Shown here in pieces: positions 35,585 through 49,392 of a stretch of 64,000 bases of DNA (positions are counted from its first letter, which is position 1; the number at the start of each line of letters is the position of its first letter). Source of the DNA: Lingula anatina. Taxonomy: Eukaryota; Animalia; Brachiopoda. Location of the stretch: the NCBI GenBank assembly GCA_051362555.1, contig CM120645.1, positions 23,464,934 through 23,528,933 of the forward strand. The letters are read 5' to 3'. The notes beneath the pieces were generated by a model. That model worked only from the letters and a program-made list of their open reading frames with translations. It ran no database searches and was not told the origin of the DNA. The position numbers and the translations under genes are program-made.

Positions 35585-36188
35585 CACCCTGAGCTTCAGA
35601 GCTAACTTGACACTAACCTTTTCACTGTAGCCTATCTCCATCGTGTCAAGTAACCTCTGACCAGATTCGAGTGCCTCCGCCGCCCGCCAATCAAATTTAA
35701 AGCCCGCACTCAATGACTCATTGAACGATCTAGCCAATGAACGCGAACGAGTCAAAGCGCGCTTTGTTCAAATCCGGACCAATCAAAGATAAGGCTGAAT
35801 ATTAGGGACTTGCCGTAACCTGTGGGCAACACGCAAAATACATCATCCCTCAGTAGATAATGATGCAGGGCATCATACTGCTCTGGTTTCAATTCCGATA
35901 TACTCCATGCTTTCTTTGTGTACGGTTATGCACTCGGAACTACTCGGATGTCTCCGCACTCGACAATAACTATGTTGTTAGTAGGGAGCTTGCGGAATCA
36001 GCCGAGGATTGCCGATTGACGATCAACCAATCAGCGTTTTCACCAAACTTTGGTGAAAAATTTTGAAACATGGATTCGATTGGCTTATATAAAATAGGTC
36101 AAACTATTTTCGTCAGAGGTTACTTGACACGATGGAGATAGGCTACAGTGAAAAGGTTAGTGTCAAGTTAGCTCTGAAGCTCAGGGTG
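35585..36188. mobile_element. MITE with 77-bp perfect TIRs and an 8-bp TSD (hAT- or P-like)
   Basis: TIRs at 35585-35661 and 36112-36188 (CACCCTGAGCTTCAGAGC...). The TSD CCTTTTCC is at 35577-35584 and 36189-36196. Confidence 0.92.
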
Positions 36189-36289
36189 CCTTTTCCATAC
36201 CCTTACAAAAATCCCACTGGTTCAGAATAAAAACTGAACACCATGAAGCAAAAAGATATATTTAAAAACCCGTTTGCATTAAAGTCAAT

Positions 36290-37526
36290 CTATGGCAGAC
36301 GGTACTCGGTAAGGTTACAGTAGAAGGTGACCACCATTCTACCATCATTCAGAAATTCGTTTCCGTGCACATAGCGAGGAGAGATCCCACGCGCGACGCC
36401 GTCACCGAACTCTGGCCTGGTCAGACTGGTGACGTGATGGTTAAAAAGGGTGTACGTTCCTTGTGTGACGTCATACCCGGTCAGATTAGTGTTTTGACCC
36501 AAGGGGATGGGAATCAGAAGCAGTGGAACACGGTCTTCTGCACGGAACTTAATCTCGTTGTCGAACCCCTTCTGTCCAGGTTTCATATAGTAATATTGTA
36601 GCCGTATCATACTTCTTGCTGGGACGACCATTCCCTGATTTCGACCCTCCGTTACAGTAAACTCATTTTTGGTCACAATCATCCATGCGTTACAGTAAAT
36701 TTTGGAGCCGTAATAACGAACTGTATTGTTGCGTGACTCCGAATGAAGTTTAAAATTTGCAGACATCGGAAGGGTCGTGATTTTTAAAGTAAAGTTAACC
36801 AATGCGGTTTCGAAAACCACGGGAGCTGGATTAACCCCTGACAAGATACCGTTACCAACGTCCACGTCGATGCCGTACCAGTCGTTCAAAAACTGTAGGA
36901 ACTTTCTCCCTTCAGCTGCGATGCTGGCGTTCGTGTTTAGACCAAAATATCGGTGTATTTCGTACCACTGGTCGCTGTCAAATCCTTGGCTTCCACCTCG
37001 AACCATACTGCCATGGCTTATCATTGTGTAAACAGCGCACATTCTTTCTCCCGACACCACCATTAACAATGCCAAGCAACAAAGGATGGAAAAGAGATGC
37101 AACACCTTAAAAAAAAAAAGAAACGGAATCGTCCTAAATGCGCAATGCCCATAAGATGTTTGTATGGTATATCTTTAAAAAAATCACAGTGTAATTAGTA
37201 ATCTCAAGACACCGAACACTCTTTGATTAATATACAGCTTAAAAATGAAACTGAATTTACTGGGTTCCCGGGTCCTTAAGTATAAAAAAAATTAACTGGA
37301 TATATCCTTTGGTTCACTAGCCAATGTTTTCGGATAGAAACAATGCAGACATTGCAATACGGACAGTCAAACAGGACTTAAAGTTTCCACCACATCATGT
37401 GTACAACACACCAGTTAACACATAAATCCCCGGTGTCTACGATAGCAAACACCATCAGGTTGTAATACTGTAAAACGGGCATGACAGAGGCAAGCATCTG
37501 AGAAAGTTTACTGCTTAACTCACCAT
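36290..37526 (-). CDS. Uncharacterised secreted protein, array copy C
   Basis: ATG exon 37524-37526. Exon 2 spans 36290-37105 (816 bp) and is open. Confidence 0.88.
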
Positions 37527-39373
37527 GTTTCCAGTCTTCGGCGACTATTGAGACGCTCAAATTTACCCCGGTATTATCTTCTTGGTACACCTCCTCGGTT
37601 GACTAGTGAAAGACAACCGAACAGCGGCGTATTCAAATTATATACAGTTTAAAAATGCATTAATGGTACCATTATTTTGCAGAGATTTTCATGTTTATTT
37701 AACTGTGTATCCCGGATAAGCACTGGTGTCTTTCTATAATGGAAAACCATTAAGTAACATTAAAATGAAAATGAACGGACAGTTCGATCAGGAACTACAT
37801 TATAGCTGAATGACCCAAAACCGTCGTTGATCAACTAGCTGGGATAAATTCTGGACAACCAGACACTTTTTTCCAACAGCACGAAAAGGGAAGAAAATTT
37901 AAGAAAACAAAAGAGATTGTATTTGACTTCTCAAAGACAGGTCATAACCCCCCTCCTATTTATATATATACAGTATATCCAAATGAATGAGCAGTTGGAT
38001 GGGTGACATTTATCCTGTTTTTAGCGACGTTCTTACCTGAGATGAACAGTACACCTTATGTACACTGAAACTAGGCAACAACGTCTACATCGTTTTGTCG
38101 AGTCATAATTTATATCTTTAATATGGATAATAAAGACACTGTACTCATGTCACGTCAGGCTGGCACCCGAGCCTAACTATACAACAATCAAGGCAACAGT
38201 TTAGAGTTCATTTAAATATCCATATTATGAAATACCACGTCAGGCGAGTTCTTATTATGATGCACTCCAAACCAGCAATATCGTGACATGATATTAACAT
38301 GCACTCTGTTTTATGGCTGATAAGGTCACCGAAATAAAAATATAATCACAATTCAAGTAACTGGCTTATACCCAGTGACTAAAATTGGCCATTGCTTTAG
38401 TGAAGACGATCTCTTCAATACACATTCATTTAGTTTATGGAATTTCTTTTAAAGATACTTTTAGCGTGTGATTATCATGGTTACTTGTTAGATATTATAT
38501 ACTAGCAGATTTCATCTCGCCACGTAGGAGTCCGTTATCAGTTATCAACACGTGTTCGTTTTCCAGGTGTCTCTAAAGTAAACCACCCTTTAACCTTCTT
38601 GTCCATATTTGTATCTTTATATAGCGCGTGAACAATTTTACGTTAAGAGCTACTGTTACATAAAAAAGTATCAAACTTTCTCGAATTAAAAGAAAAAATT
38701 CTTGTTGTGCGCTGGTAACCCATATAGGCATGAGCAGTGTATATCTTTATGCGTTTGCAGATCCAACAATTAATTTACTCTTATATATTGTGGAAAAGTA
38801 ACATTTATTTCACCATTACTGAGTGGCTTTATACATATTAAATGAAATGACAGAAGGTAAAGATTCGATCCGACAGGTTTTGGCCCAATCCCTTTAAGTC
38901 ACAATGCAAGCGACCGTCAAAAATGTCTCTTTCTTGTCTCATATTCCATTTTTGTGGTACTTCCACATGATGACTTTTATAAATAAAAGTTGCACATTTT
39001 ACCACCGTTCTGATTATACATGTACTTTGCTGAAATAGAAGGCAAGTTCGACAGATGACATTGTCATGGAGAGACGTTTTAGATTCAGTGTTAAGCACAC
39101 GTACAGTTTTCAGAGGGAACTTAAGTATTGAGGCGCACTTTTTAGTGAAGTACGGATCTCACACACTCTCTTTCTCATTCTCTCACACGAACAGAAATAT
39201 TTCATGGAAGTTATCTTGACGTAAAAACAGTCCACGTGCTCTTTCAATGGATTTTTATTTTTCTCTTATTCCCTTTGCCCAACCCTTACAATAAATCCCA
39301 CTGGTTCAGAATAAAACTGAAAACCATGAAGCAAAAAAGATATATTTATAAACCCGTTTGTATTACAGTCAAA

Positions 39374-40915
39374 CTATGGCAGACCGTACTCGGTACGGTC
39401 ACAGGCGAAGGTGACCACCATTCTGCCATCATTCAGAAATTCGTTTCCATGCACGTATCGAGGAGAGATCCCACGCGCTACGCCGTCACCGAACTCTGGC
39501 CTGGTCAGACTGATGACGTGATGGTTAAAAAGGGCGTACGTTCCTTGTGTGACGTTATACCCGGTCAGATAAGTGTGTTGGCCCAAGGGAATGGGAATTA
39601 AAAGCGTTGGAACGCGGTCTTCTGCACGAAGTATAATCTCGCTGTCGAACCCCTGGTGGCCAGGTTTCATGTAGTAATACTCTAGCCGAATCATACTTCT
39701 TGACGGAACAACCATTCCCTGATTTCGACCCTCTGTTACAGTAAACTCATTTTTGGTTACAATCATCCATGCGTTACTTTAAATCTTGGAGTCGTAAAAA
39801 CGAACTTTGTTGTTGCGTGACTCGGAATAAAGTTTAAAATTTGCAGACATCGGAAGGGTCGTGATTTTAAAAGTAAAGTTAACTGCCGTGGTCTCAAAGA
39901 ACACAGGAGTTGGATCAACCCCTGACAAGGCATCGTCGGCAACGTCCACGTCGATGCCGTACCAGTCGTTCAAAAACTGTAGGAACTTCCTCCCTTCATC
40001 TGCGATGCTGGCGTTCGTGTTTCGACCAAAATATCGGTGTGTTTTGTACCACTGCTCGCTGGCAAATCCTTGGCTTCCACCGCGGATCATACTGCCATGG
40101 CTAACCATGGCGTAGACAGCGCACATTATTTCTCCCGCCACCACCATTGGAAGTGCGAAGAAACACAGGAGGGAAAATAGATGCGATACCTGGAAAAGAA
40201 GGGAGTCACCCTTAATACGGTGTCCACCAGATATACCCAGGGCTAGGCAAGACATCTTAGTACAAAGTAAAGGAACATGTACCAAGACGCCAAAAACATT
40301 TAAACTGAGATCGTAAAGAAGAGAGCCAAGGGATATAAAATCGATCTAGAACGTATCGTCAGTCCTCTGTGTCAAACCCTCCCCTCCCCTTCCCCCCTCC
40401 CCACCCTGATCCAGTGTTTTTTTTTAGAGTATAGCTATCTATGGAGGTCATGTGGTCCGACGACAAGCTCAGATATCAGAATAATAACTATAACTGCCCT
40501 TTTTATGGTAAAACAGAATATATCATATTTCTATGAGTTGTTTACAATGTTTTTATTTTGAAAAATAGATATCATACGAAGAGTTATTATCCCTTTAATT
40601 AAGTTTCCGGTGACATCTTTCCCTCCACTTCCAGCTGAGGTTAAAAACCAGACAATTTGTGAGACTGATGTGTTCTAAATGAAACTGAATGTTTTCCTGT
40701 GTTTAGTTTTTAATTAATTCCTTATTGGTCGGATAGCCGTAACGCATACAGTGCAATACCAACAGCATGCTGGACTAAATATTAACACAACAGCATCTAC
40801 ATCACATCAGTAAACAAACTAACCACGGTATCTACTCTGGTGAACACCATTAAGTAAATTGCAATACTATAAAACAGGTAATATACTCTTTATTAATTAT
40901 TGCTGTACTCACCAT
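39374..40915 (-). pseudogene. Array copy D with a premature TAA
   Basis: ATG exon 40913-40915; exon 2 spans 39374-40189 (816 bp). The codon at 39779-39781 is TAA where paralogues have TAC (I-Y-S-N-A-W), and the frame is otherwise intact. Confidence 0.85.
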
Positions 40916-42538
40916 GTCCTAATTTTCGGTGACTATTTGGACGCTCAAATGTGTCTCTGGTTTTATCTTTTGGTACACCTCCTCGGTTGACCAGAAAAAG
41001 GACAACTGAACAGCGGCTTAGTGCAGTATTGAAATTAAATACAGTTATAAAAAATATTGATCTCAGCGTTCTGTTAACGTTACTACGATCACTGGCAAGC
41101 GTGATAGACTATATGGGCATTTTTTATTTGTAAACTAAACCGCCACACACTATACAGAGAACAAAAGATATTTATAGATATATGATGAAATTAATTTTAA
41201 CAGCGTACGGTTTTACTTTTCTTGGTGTGCTCATTCAATTTTGCAATTTTACTCCTTACTATTCACCCCAACTCACCTATGAACATAAACTTTGGCATCA
41301 AGCATTAAGCTATTTTTCTTTTTCATTTCAACTATGCTTTTGGTACCTCTATTACAATTTCATCAAACCCGAAAATATTTTTTAAATGATCCATTTGGCC
41401 ATGTTTGAAGATGAGCAGTAGAGTGTAGACATTTGCCCAGACGGAGGCATTAAACAATTTAACTGGGACGCATTTAGTCGTATTACCGCGGTAGAGACAG
41501 CGTCATTATGCAACCAGTATAATTAGCTTCATTATCTTCTATGACAAACTTTTTACAGCTTTTGGCAGGTAGACACAACAGGAAAGTCGTTGTTTCCATG
41601 CCTGCGTGCCCGTATCTGTAATTGTATGCAACACGAAGAGTGAAAGCGTCACATTTTTTTAAACATTATACATTAAAAAAACACTGCAGTGTGCAATACG
41701 CAACCATATGTCCAGATGTTTTTTGAAGTTATTCAGTGATATAAGAAGAATGATAGCATTTTACTCCCTCAATTAACTCAATGTTGAACATAAAGAAAAA
41801 GGAGTTATTCTTTTTGGGAGCACATACGTAACAAACAACACATTGAACACAAAATTAATTTGTTGGTTGTAAGTTTTCTTCTACAAAGAAAACAGTCGGT
41901 AAAAGCCAGTCTTAATTTTTCAGATCCAATTGTCTTTCACACTGGCACGCCACATAATTATTTTGTGATTTTTAATAAAGCTTACCAAAGAGACAACATA
42001 AGTTCGTTAAAGGTAATTAGTGTCACCTTTAGTGAACTGGTGTAGAGACAATCATTTGGTCTTGTATGTCTCTGTTCACAACGTAACTGAGCCACTTGAA
42101 AACACTACTGGAAAAGTGGCCATAAACGAGCAAATTGTGTATCAATTTGGTGACATTTGATGGTGACGTTTTAATGACTACAAAACACAGTATTCCCTAG
42201 ATTTGAAGGGGTGCATGCTCTAAATTCAAATAAATGCATATCTTCGTATGCTCTGTCATTAAAGACCCTGTATGGTATCTGACAAATATGTTCCGAATAG
42301 TTTACAGGTACAAGGTGATAATTTGACAAAAAAAGTATGGAATTGGAGGTAAAACAACCTTTTTGATCAAGAGTTTAAAAGAACCCAGATGTTCTTGCAA
42401 CAGCTTTTTATTCACCGCTTATCTTTTTGCCCGACCCTTAAAATAATTTCATGGAATCAAAATGACTTGAATGCAAGCAAAATAACGATATATTCGTATA
42501 AGCCCGAAAGAAAACTTTCCAATGTATGTTAAGTTAAT

Positions 42539-43948
42539 CTATGGCAGACGATACTTGGTACGGTTACAGGAGAAGGTGATCACTACTCTACCATCATTGA
42601 GATTCTCGTTTCCATGCACGTATCGAGTAGAGACCCCACGCACTATGCCGTCACCGAACTCTGGTCTGGTGAGACTGCTGACATACTCATTGTAGAGGAC
42701 GTAGGTGCCTTGTGTGACGTCATACCCGGTCTGATCAGTGTCTTGACCCAAGGGGGTGGGAATTAAAAGAATTGGAACACGGTCTTCTGCACGTAGCTTA
42801 ATCTCGCTATCGAATCCTTTGCGTCCAGGTTTTATACTGAAATAATGTAGCCCAATCATACTATTTGCTGGAACAACCATTCCCTGATTTCGACCCTCCA
42901 ATACCGTAAACTCATTTTTGATCACAATCAACCATGTATTTAAGAAAATCGGGGAATCGTAAAAACGAACTTCATTGCCACGTGACTCCGAATAAAGTCT
43001 GAAATTAGCAGACTGCGGAAGGGTCAGTATATTGAAAGTAAAGTTAACTGCCGTGGTCTCAAAGAACACAGGAGTTGGATCAACCCCTGACAAGTTATCG
43101 TCTCCAACGTCCACGTCCATACCGTACCATTCCTTCAAAAACTGTAGGACCTTCTTCCCTTCAGCCGCGATACTGGTGCTCGTGTTCAGACCAAAATATC
43201 GGTGTGTTTTGTACCACCGCTCGCTGTCAAATCCTTGGCTTCCACCTTGCATCATACTGCCGTGGCTTACCATGGTGTAGACAGCGCACATTCTTTCTCT
43301 CGCCACCACCATGTGTAATGCGAAGAAACACAGGAGGGTAAAAAGATGTAATACCTTAAAAAGAAAAGAACGGGGTCACCCTTAATACAGTGTCCACAAG
43401 ATATACACAGGGCTAGACAAGACATCTTTTCACAAAGTTAAGGTACCGTATTTAGTTCCAAGACGCGTAACACCTTTAAATTGAAATGTTTAAGAAGGGA
43501 ATTTCGATATAAATTCGATCTAGAACGTATCGTCAGTTGTCTGTTTCAAACCTTATCCCTTCCTTGATCCAATGCCAATGATGGTTAATTTTTCACTATG
43601 GTTAACTTTAATGTCTAAATAAACTTTGAGATCTCTATTTATTTCGTCATAAAAATCTCACTTTCACCAGGGAATTATACGAATTAATTCCCTGCTCTCA
43701 TGCATAACCTGTAGTACACGTATTCTTTAGAATAATGGTTAACGCCGCTGTTGACTAAAGTTACACAATATTTGCATATGTTTAACATACTGCAGCAAAT
43801 CGCCCCCCGATATTCAACCATTTTGGAACAAAGTTGTGACACAATATGAGTAATTCGCACTTTGAAAAATAACATGTTCAATTTAGTTTCCGGTAACATC
43901 ATTTGCCACACTCTCCCCCAAACCTCCCCCAACACACACACACACACT

Positions 43949-43986
<38 letters not shown>

Positions 43987-44029
43987 TCTGTCAAAAAGAA
44001 AAAGAAAAAAATATTGCTGTACTCACCAT
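42539..44029 (-). CDS. Uncharacterised secreted protein, array copy E
   Basis: ATG exon 44027-44029. Exon 2 spans 42539-43354 (816 bp) and is open. Confidence 0.86.
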
Positions 44030-45439
44030 GTTCCGAATTTCTGTGACTATTTAGACACAGTATGTTTCCTTGGTTTTATCTTCTGGTTCCGAATTCACCT
44101 CTTCGCTTGACTAGTAAAAGGCAACTGAGCAGCGGCTATTAAAATAATTACAGTTCTTAAAAATATTTGATGTCGCAGTTCTGTTAGCGTTACAACGATC
44201 ACTGATAGACTATATGGGCGTTTATATATGTTAACTAAACCGCCATACACTATACAGAGAACAAAAGATATAAATAGATATATAACGAACTGAGTTTTTA
44301 AAGGGTGCGGTTTTAGTTTTCTGGGTATGCTCATTCAATTTTGCTATTTTACTCCTTGCTTGCTATTCTCCCCACTTAGACCAACATTTTAACTGAATGA
44401 TCCAAAACCGCTGTTGATCTACTAGCTGGGAAGATCTGGGTGAAATTTTGGACAACTAGACACCAAAATAGCAAGAGTGAATTTGACTTCTCAATGGCAG
44501 GTAATAATTCCCCTCCTATTTATATACAGTTTATACAAATGGATAAGCAGCTGACAGGGTGAAATCTATCGTCTTTTAGCGGCGTTCTTACCTGAGATGA
44601 ACAGTACAACTTATGTACACTGAAGCTAGTAATAACGGCTCCACCGTTTTGTGAAATCATTACGTATTTCTTTAATGTGGATAATAAAGATACTGTATAC
44701 ATGTCACGTTAGGTTGGCACCCGTGCCTCACTATAAAACAATCAAGGCAACAGTTTAGAGTTCATTTAAATATTCATATTATGAAGTACCATATTAGACA
44801 AGCTCTGATGAACCCCAAATGGTAATATTAATACCTTGAGATGGTATTAACAAGCAGACTGTTTTTTAGCTGATACTTTGGATTTGCACAGAAGCATCTA
44901 AGCTCACTGAAATAAAAATATAATCACAATTTAAGTAACTGGCTTATACCCAGTGACTAAAATTGGCCATTGCTTTAGTGAAGACTATCTCGGCAAACAC
45001 ATCCATGTAATTCATGGAATTTCTTTTGATGATATTTTTAGCGTGTGATTATCATGGTTACTTGTTAAATATTATATACTAGCAGATTTCATCTCACCAC
45101 GTGGGAGTCCGTTATCAGTTATCAACACGTGTTCGTTTTCCAGGTGTCTCTGAAGTAAACCACCCTTTAACCTTCATGTTCATATGAATAATGTACATTT
45201 ACAGCGCGTGAACAATTTTACGTTGAGAGCTACTAGTACTGTTACATAAAAAAGTATCAAACTTTCTTGAATTAAAAGAAGAAAAATCGACTGTTGTAAT
45301 GCGCAGGTCCTTTGTAGGGTAGTTTGATGACATGATCATAACTGAGCGTGGGGTGGACAGAGCGGGGTCTCTCTCTCTCTTTCTCTCTTTCTTTCTCTCT
45401 CTTTCTCTCTCTTCAAACACACAAATAAAAATGAAAATT

Positions 45440-45630
45440 AGTGAAGCTATCTTGATATAAACAGCCAAAGTGTTCTTTCAACATATTTTTATTTTACCGT
45501 TATTTTTGGCCAATTCTTACAATTTATTTCATGGGGTCCAAAACGCTCAAAATCCCACCTCCAAGCATACTGCTTTGTCTAATCATGGTGTACCTCAACC
45601 ACCAGCAATGTGAAGAAACACAGTACCTTT
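45440..45630 (-). pseudogene. Collapsed relic of an eighth array copy
   Basis: Sequence like the 3'-UTR/poly(A) region of the paralogues (aaacagccaaagtgttctttcaa...ttttatttt) directly abuts remnants of the 5' end of exon 2 (ccacctccaagcatactgc..aatcatggtgta..gcaatgtgaagaaacacagtacctt). About 700 bp of coding sequence is missing. Confidence 0.55.
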
Positions 45631-46719
45631 GATGCAGTGGTCACGGGGAACCAGTATAGGCATGAGCAGTGTATGTGTGAGATAATACACTGTCACCCGA
45701 GCGATATATGCCATAACACCTCGAGCGTCAGCGAGAGGTGTTCATGGCATATATCGCGAGAGGGTGACAGTGTATTATTTGACATACATACCGAGAAAAA
45801 ATACAGTCATTTCATCCTAAAACACCCCTAAAACCGAATAAAGAGACCCTATCTCACCCTCTAGAGATGTTATACGAAATAAACTCGTCCACGTGCGCTG
45901 GTCATCTCCCGCCAAATTCTTACGTAATGTCTGACAATTTGGTGAATTTTTGCTAAATACTTGTCGTGGACATTCAACCGTCGACACTGACCATGCGCGT
46001 CTCAGCTGAGCCACACCTAGCTGGGACTGCTGCGGAAAAAAGGTCCCAAGGCAAAATCTCTAATTTGTAGTGACATTTCTGATAAAAAAGGAACATCGGA
46101 CCGGAATATAGTCAAACTAATTTTTCACAAGTGCAAAGGAGAAAGAAATTTACTTTTTGGTGATATTTCTGACAACGAGGCAGTTTCGGAATTAAGTCGA
46201 AACCGACGGATGTTTATTACAAGTTCACGGGAGTAATAATTCTAGTTTTTTTAATTGTTATTTCTGACGACGAGGCGGTTACGGAATATAGTCAAAATCA
46301 AACTGATGTTTATTTCAAGTCCACAGGAGTAATAATTCTACGTTTTGGTGACATTTTTTTACTACGAAGCGGTTTTGGAATATACATGTGCTGGTTTTCA
46401 GAGCATTCATGTGCTACATGTAATTACAAGTTCAAAGGGGGAATACATTTGATTTTTACCGATATATCTGATAAAGAGGAAGAATGAACAGCTTAAAAAC
46501 AAAAGGTAAATAACACAACCCTCGTTAAAAAGTTATAGATTTACAAATAATTTGTATGCACGTGTGGCTTAAATGTAAACTAATTCCCGTTTTCAAATCA
46601 TACCCATATGATTTGACTTAGTGTAATAAAATGATAGATAATAATTGTTAAACGTGAAAAGTTTATGCTAATTTTTTAAAAAGTGTGAGAGATTTTAAAT
46701 TTGTCTGCTGGTAGGTATA

Positions 46720-47023
46720 TGTAATAGGGTACATGTATTTCATGTATTCACAGGTATAAATATATATATATATGTAATAGTATATTGTAGCGTACATTGA
46801 TATAAGTGCCTTATTATAAATAGCTCTTGTATATAAATATGTGATATGAATATGCATACTGGTGTTAGCGCCCTTTTTATGTCACGTGGGTCATGTGATC
46901 CTGGACTATAAAAGCGGTTGGCGCGTAATTCAAAGTGAGATACACCAGTGATCGGCTGTGTAGATAGTACGAATAAAGATTTTTCTAAAAGGACAATACA
47001 TTTTTTGTCGTGCCTCGGTTACA
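46720..47023 (+). repeat. 5' LTR
   Basis: TGTAATAGGG...CGGTTACA, with internal TATAAAA (~46907) and AATAAA (~46972). Confidence 0.95.
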
Positions 47024-47027
47024 AAAA

Positions 47028-47045
47028 TGGCGCAGCCGACAGGAT
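47028..47045 (+). other. Primer-binding site, probably tRNA-Ser
   Basis: TGGCGCAGCCGACAGGAT lies 4 nt after the LTR. It is complementary to a 3' end ...AUCCUGUCGGCUGCGCCA, typical of tRNA-Ser. Confidence 0.75.
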
Positions 47046-49149
47046 ACCAAATGCTCAGCAGTCAAATGTGACTTTCCTGGACTAAAATGTGGATCGTTTT
47101 TTCTTTCATTGAGATCGGATACACTTTTCTGATGAAGCCGTGAGCTCCGATCAAGCACAAAGTTGTACAGGTGAGCTCGTGACTTTCTTATGACAAAGTC
47201 AGAAATACGATTATATTCTGAGCATTAAATTAACTATTCGCCGATCTAAGATTATCACATCTTGGTGTATCGGAAATTGAGCTCCAAAATATCCACTTTG
47301 CGGACTTATAATAGTAAAGGTGGTTCTGAGAGGAGGTTTAACGAATATCCTTCTCCGATTCTCCATAGTGTGGAGCTACAATGAAAACTGACTTACAGAC
47401 TGATCTCCGACAGATTGGTGATTCAGATACGATTTACCGGTATTACTTCCTGGTGAGGTAATCCATGGTGATTCTGAGGTATAACTTTCCTGAAGTATTC
47501 TCTGATGATTCCAAGGTGCAACTTCCCGGTGTTATCCCCTGATGATTCCGAGGTGCGATTCTCCGTTGTGACTCCCTGGTGATTCCAGATGTGATTCTCC
47601 GATGCGATCCCCTGGTGATTCCCGATGCGATCCCCTTGTGTTACCGATGCGATCCCCTGGTGTTACTGATGTGCGAGTACATCTTCGTAATTCACCGGTC
47701 CATTATTGCGTGTGATGAGATCCACCACAGCGGAGGCCTTGTATTCATTCGGAGACAGTGGTCAATCAGAATTCAAGGACTTTCATGATCTAAACGGACA
47801 GTGACAATTGTAACTGTGTTCACTATATTATTTTGAAATCGGACTCTACGCATTTAATTCTTTCATTTCTGGATGTGTACAGGCATTAGTTAATTGCAGT
47901 GGACGGCGGAATTAAAGGAGGTCGAGCAGAAAGTGATAAGTATACACATTTTTTATCCCCATGTATTGTGTTGCTTTATATGTTTCGCTCATTGTATTAC
48001 CTCCTGTCTAGTGATTGTGTTTGTGTGTGCCGTCTCATGTTATATTGACTTGGCCCTTATTTGTGCTTCTGTGTGTAACAGTTGCTCACCCAATAATTGA
48101 TTGTTTGTGTGTTTAACCACTAGCATAATATTGGGTGTAATTTGTGCAAAGCTTCCGCTCTACCTGTATAATTGTGATTGTGCAATTAGTATCCCTGTGA
48201 AGTGGTGTCCATTGTTTGTTGTAGTGTTTCAGTGGCACGTCATTGTGATAACAATGCATTAGTGGCCGAATAACACTTGGATATAGTGATTGTAATTATT
48301 TGCATTACTAAATCAAGTCTAACAGCAACCATCCTACTTATCATGATGTGAATTATTTTGTGTTTAAACTGCATCTATCATTTAGTACTGGTTCTGTTGC
48401 ATTTTATTTTCATTTTCATTGATTTCATTTGACATTTTTATTACATTGGTTACATTTTTTTTATATTAATAGAGATAGATTTTTTAGTTATTTTCATTTT
48501 GGTTAATCACTCATATTTTGGATTATTAAGTTAATTTTTGATTTGTTTTAGTTGATACCCGATATTTTGGTTCAATAAGCCACTACCATCATAATATTTT
48601 TCTTTCTTCTATTTAATTAATTTGATACTAACTTGATTAGGGTTTGGTTTGAGAAGTAGTCCTTTATTTTTTAATAGAGGTAATACAGCTTTTCACGCTC
48701 GTTTGTGCATTCCCTATTTGAGTAGTTTAAGTTTGTTTCCCATTAATTATCTGTTTAATTTGATCATTTGTGCTAATTTCTTATTATTTAAATTTTGATC
48801 ATTTAATTTTTCATTGACCCCATTTTTGACCCCGGCCTCCTTGTGTTTTACCTAGTGTTACTAAATCATTACCTTTGTGGACCTTCCTTCAAATTGGGTT
48901 ATCATTATTGATTGATAAAATAGTTTCTTGATAAGCATAATTAATTTTAAATTGAATAAGTTAGATTTTTGTTCATTAATTGAGCTTACTTTAAGGCTAT
49001 ATTAATTGCAGTTCAATCAGTAGTGAATTAGATTTTAGAAGTAATTGATTGATGTAGATTATTAAATTAATCAATCAAGGTCAATTATTCAATTAATTGA
49101 GTATTAATTTTTTTTAATTATTTATCAATTATTATTATTATTTATTTTT

Positions 49150-49378
49150 TTTTTTGTGAGCATTTTCCCATGATTTTTTGGTGAGCACTTGTGAATGCGA
49201 GTGGTGTAATTGAATTGACTGTTTTGTTTTATTTTGTGAGCATTTTCCCATGATTTTTGGTGAGCACTTGTGAATGCGAGTGGTGTAATTGCATTGACTG
49301 TTTTGTTTTATTTTGTGAGCATTTTCCCATGATTTTTGGTGAGCACTTGTGAATGCGAGTGGTGTGATTGCATTGATT
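49150..49378 (+). repeat. About 3 copies of an ~80-bp tandem repeat directly upstream of the gag ATG
   Basis: 'tttgtgagcattttcccatgatttttggtgagcacttgtgaatgcgagtggtg' occurs at ~49153, ~49233 and ~49312. Confidence 0.9.
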
Positions 49379-49392
49379 GGTGATATCTCAAC

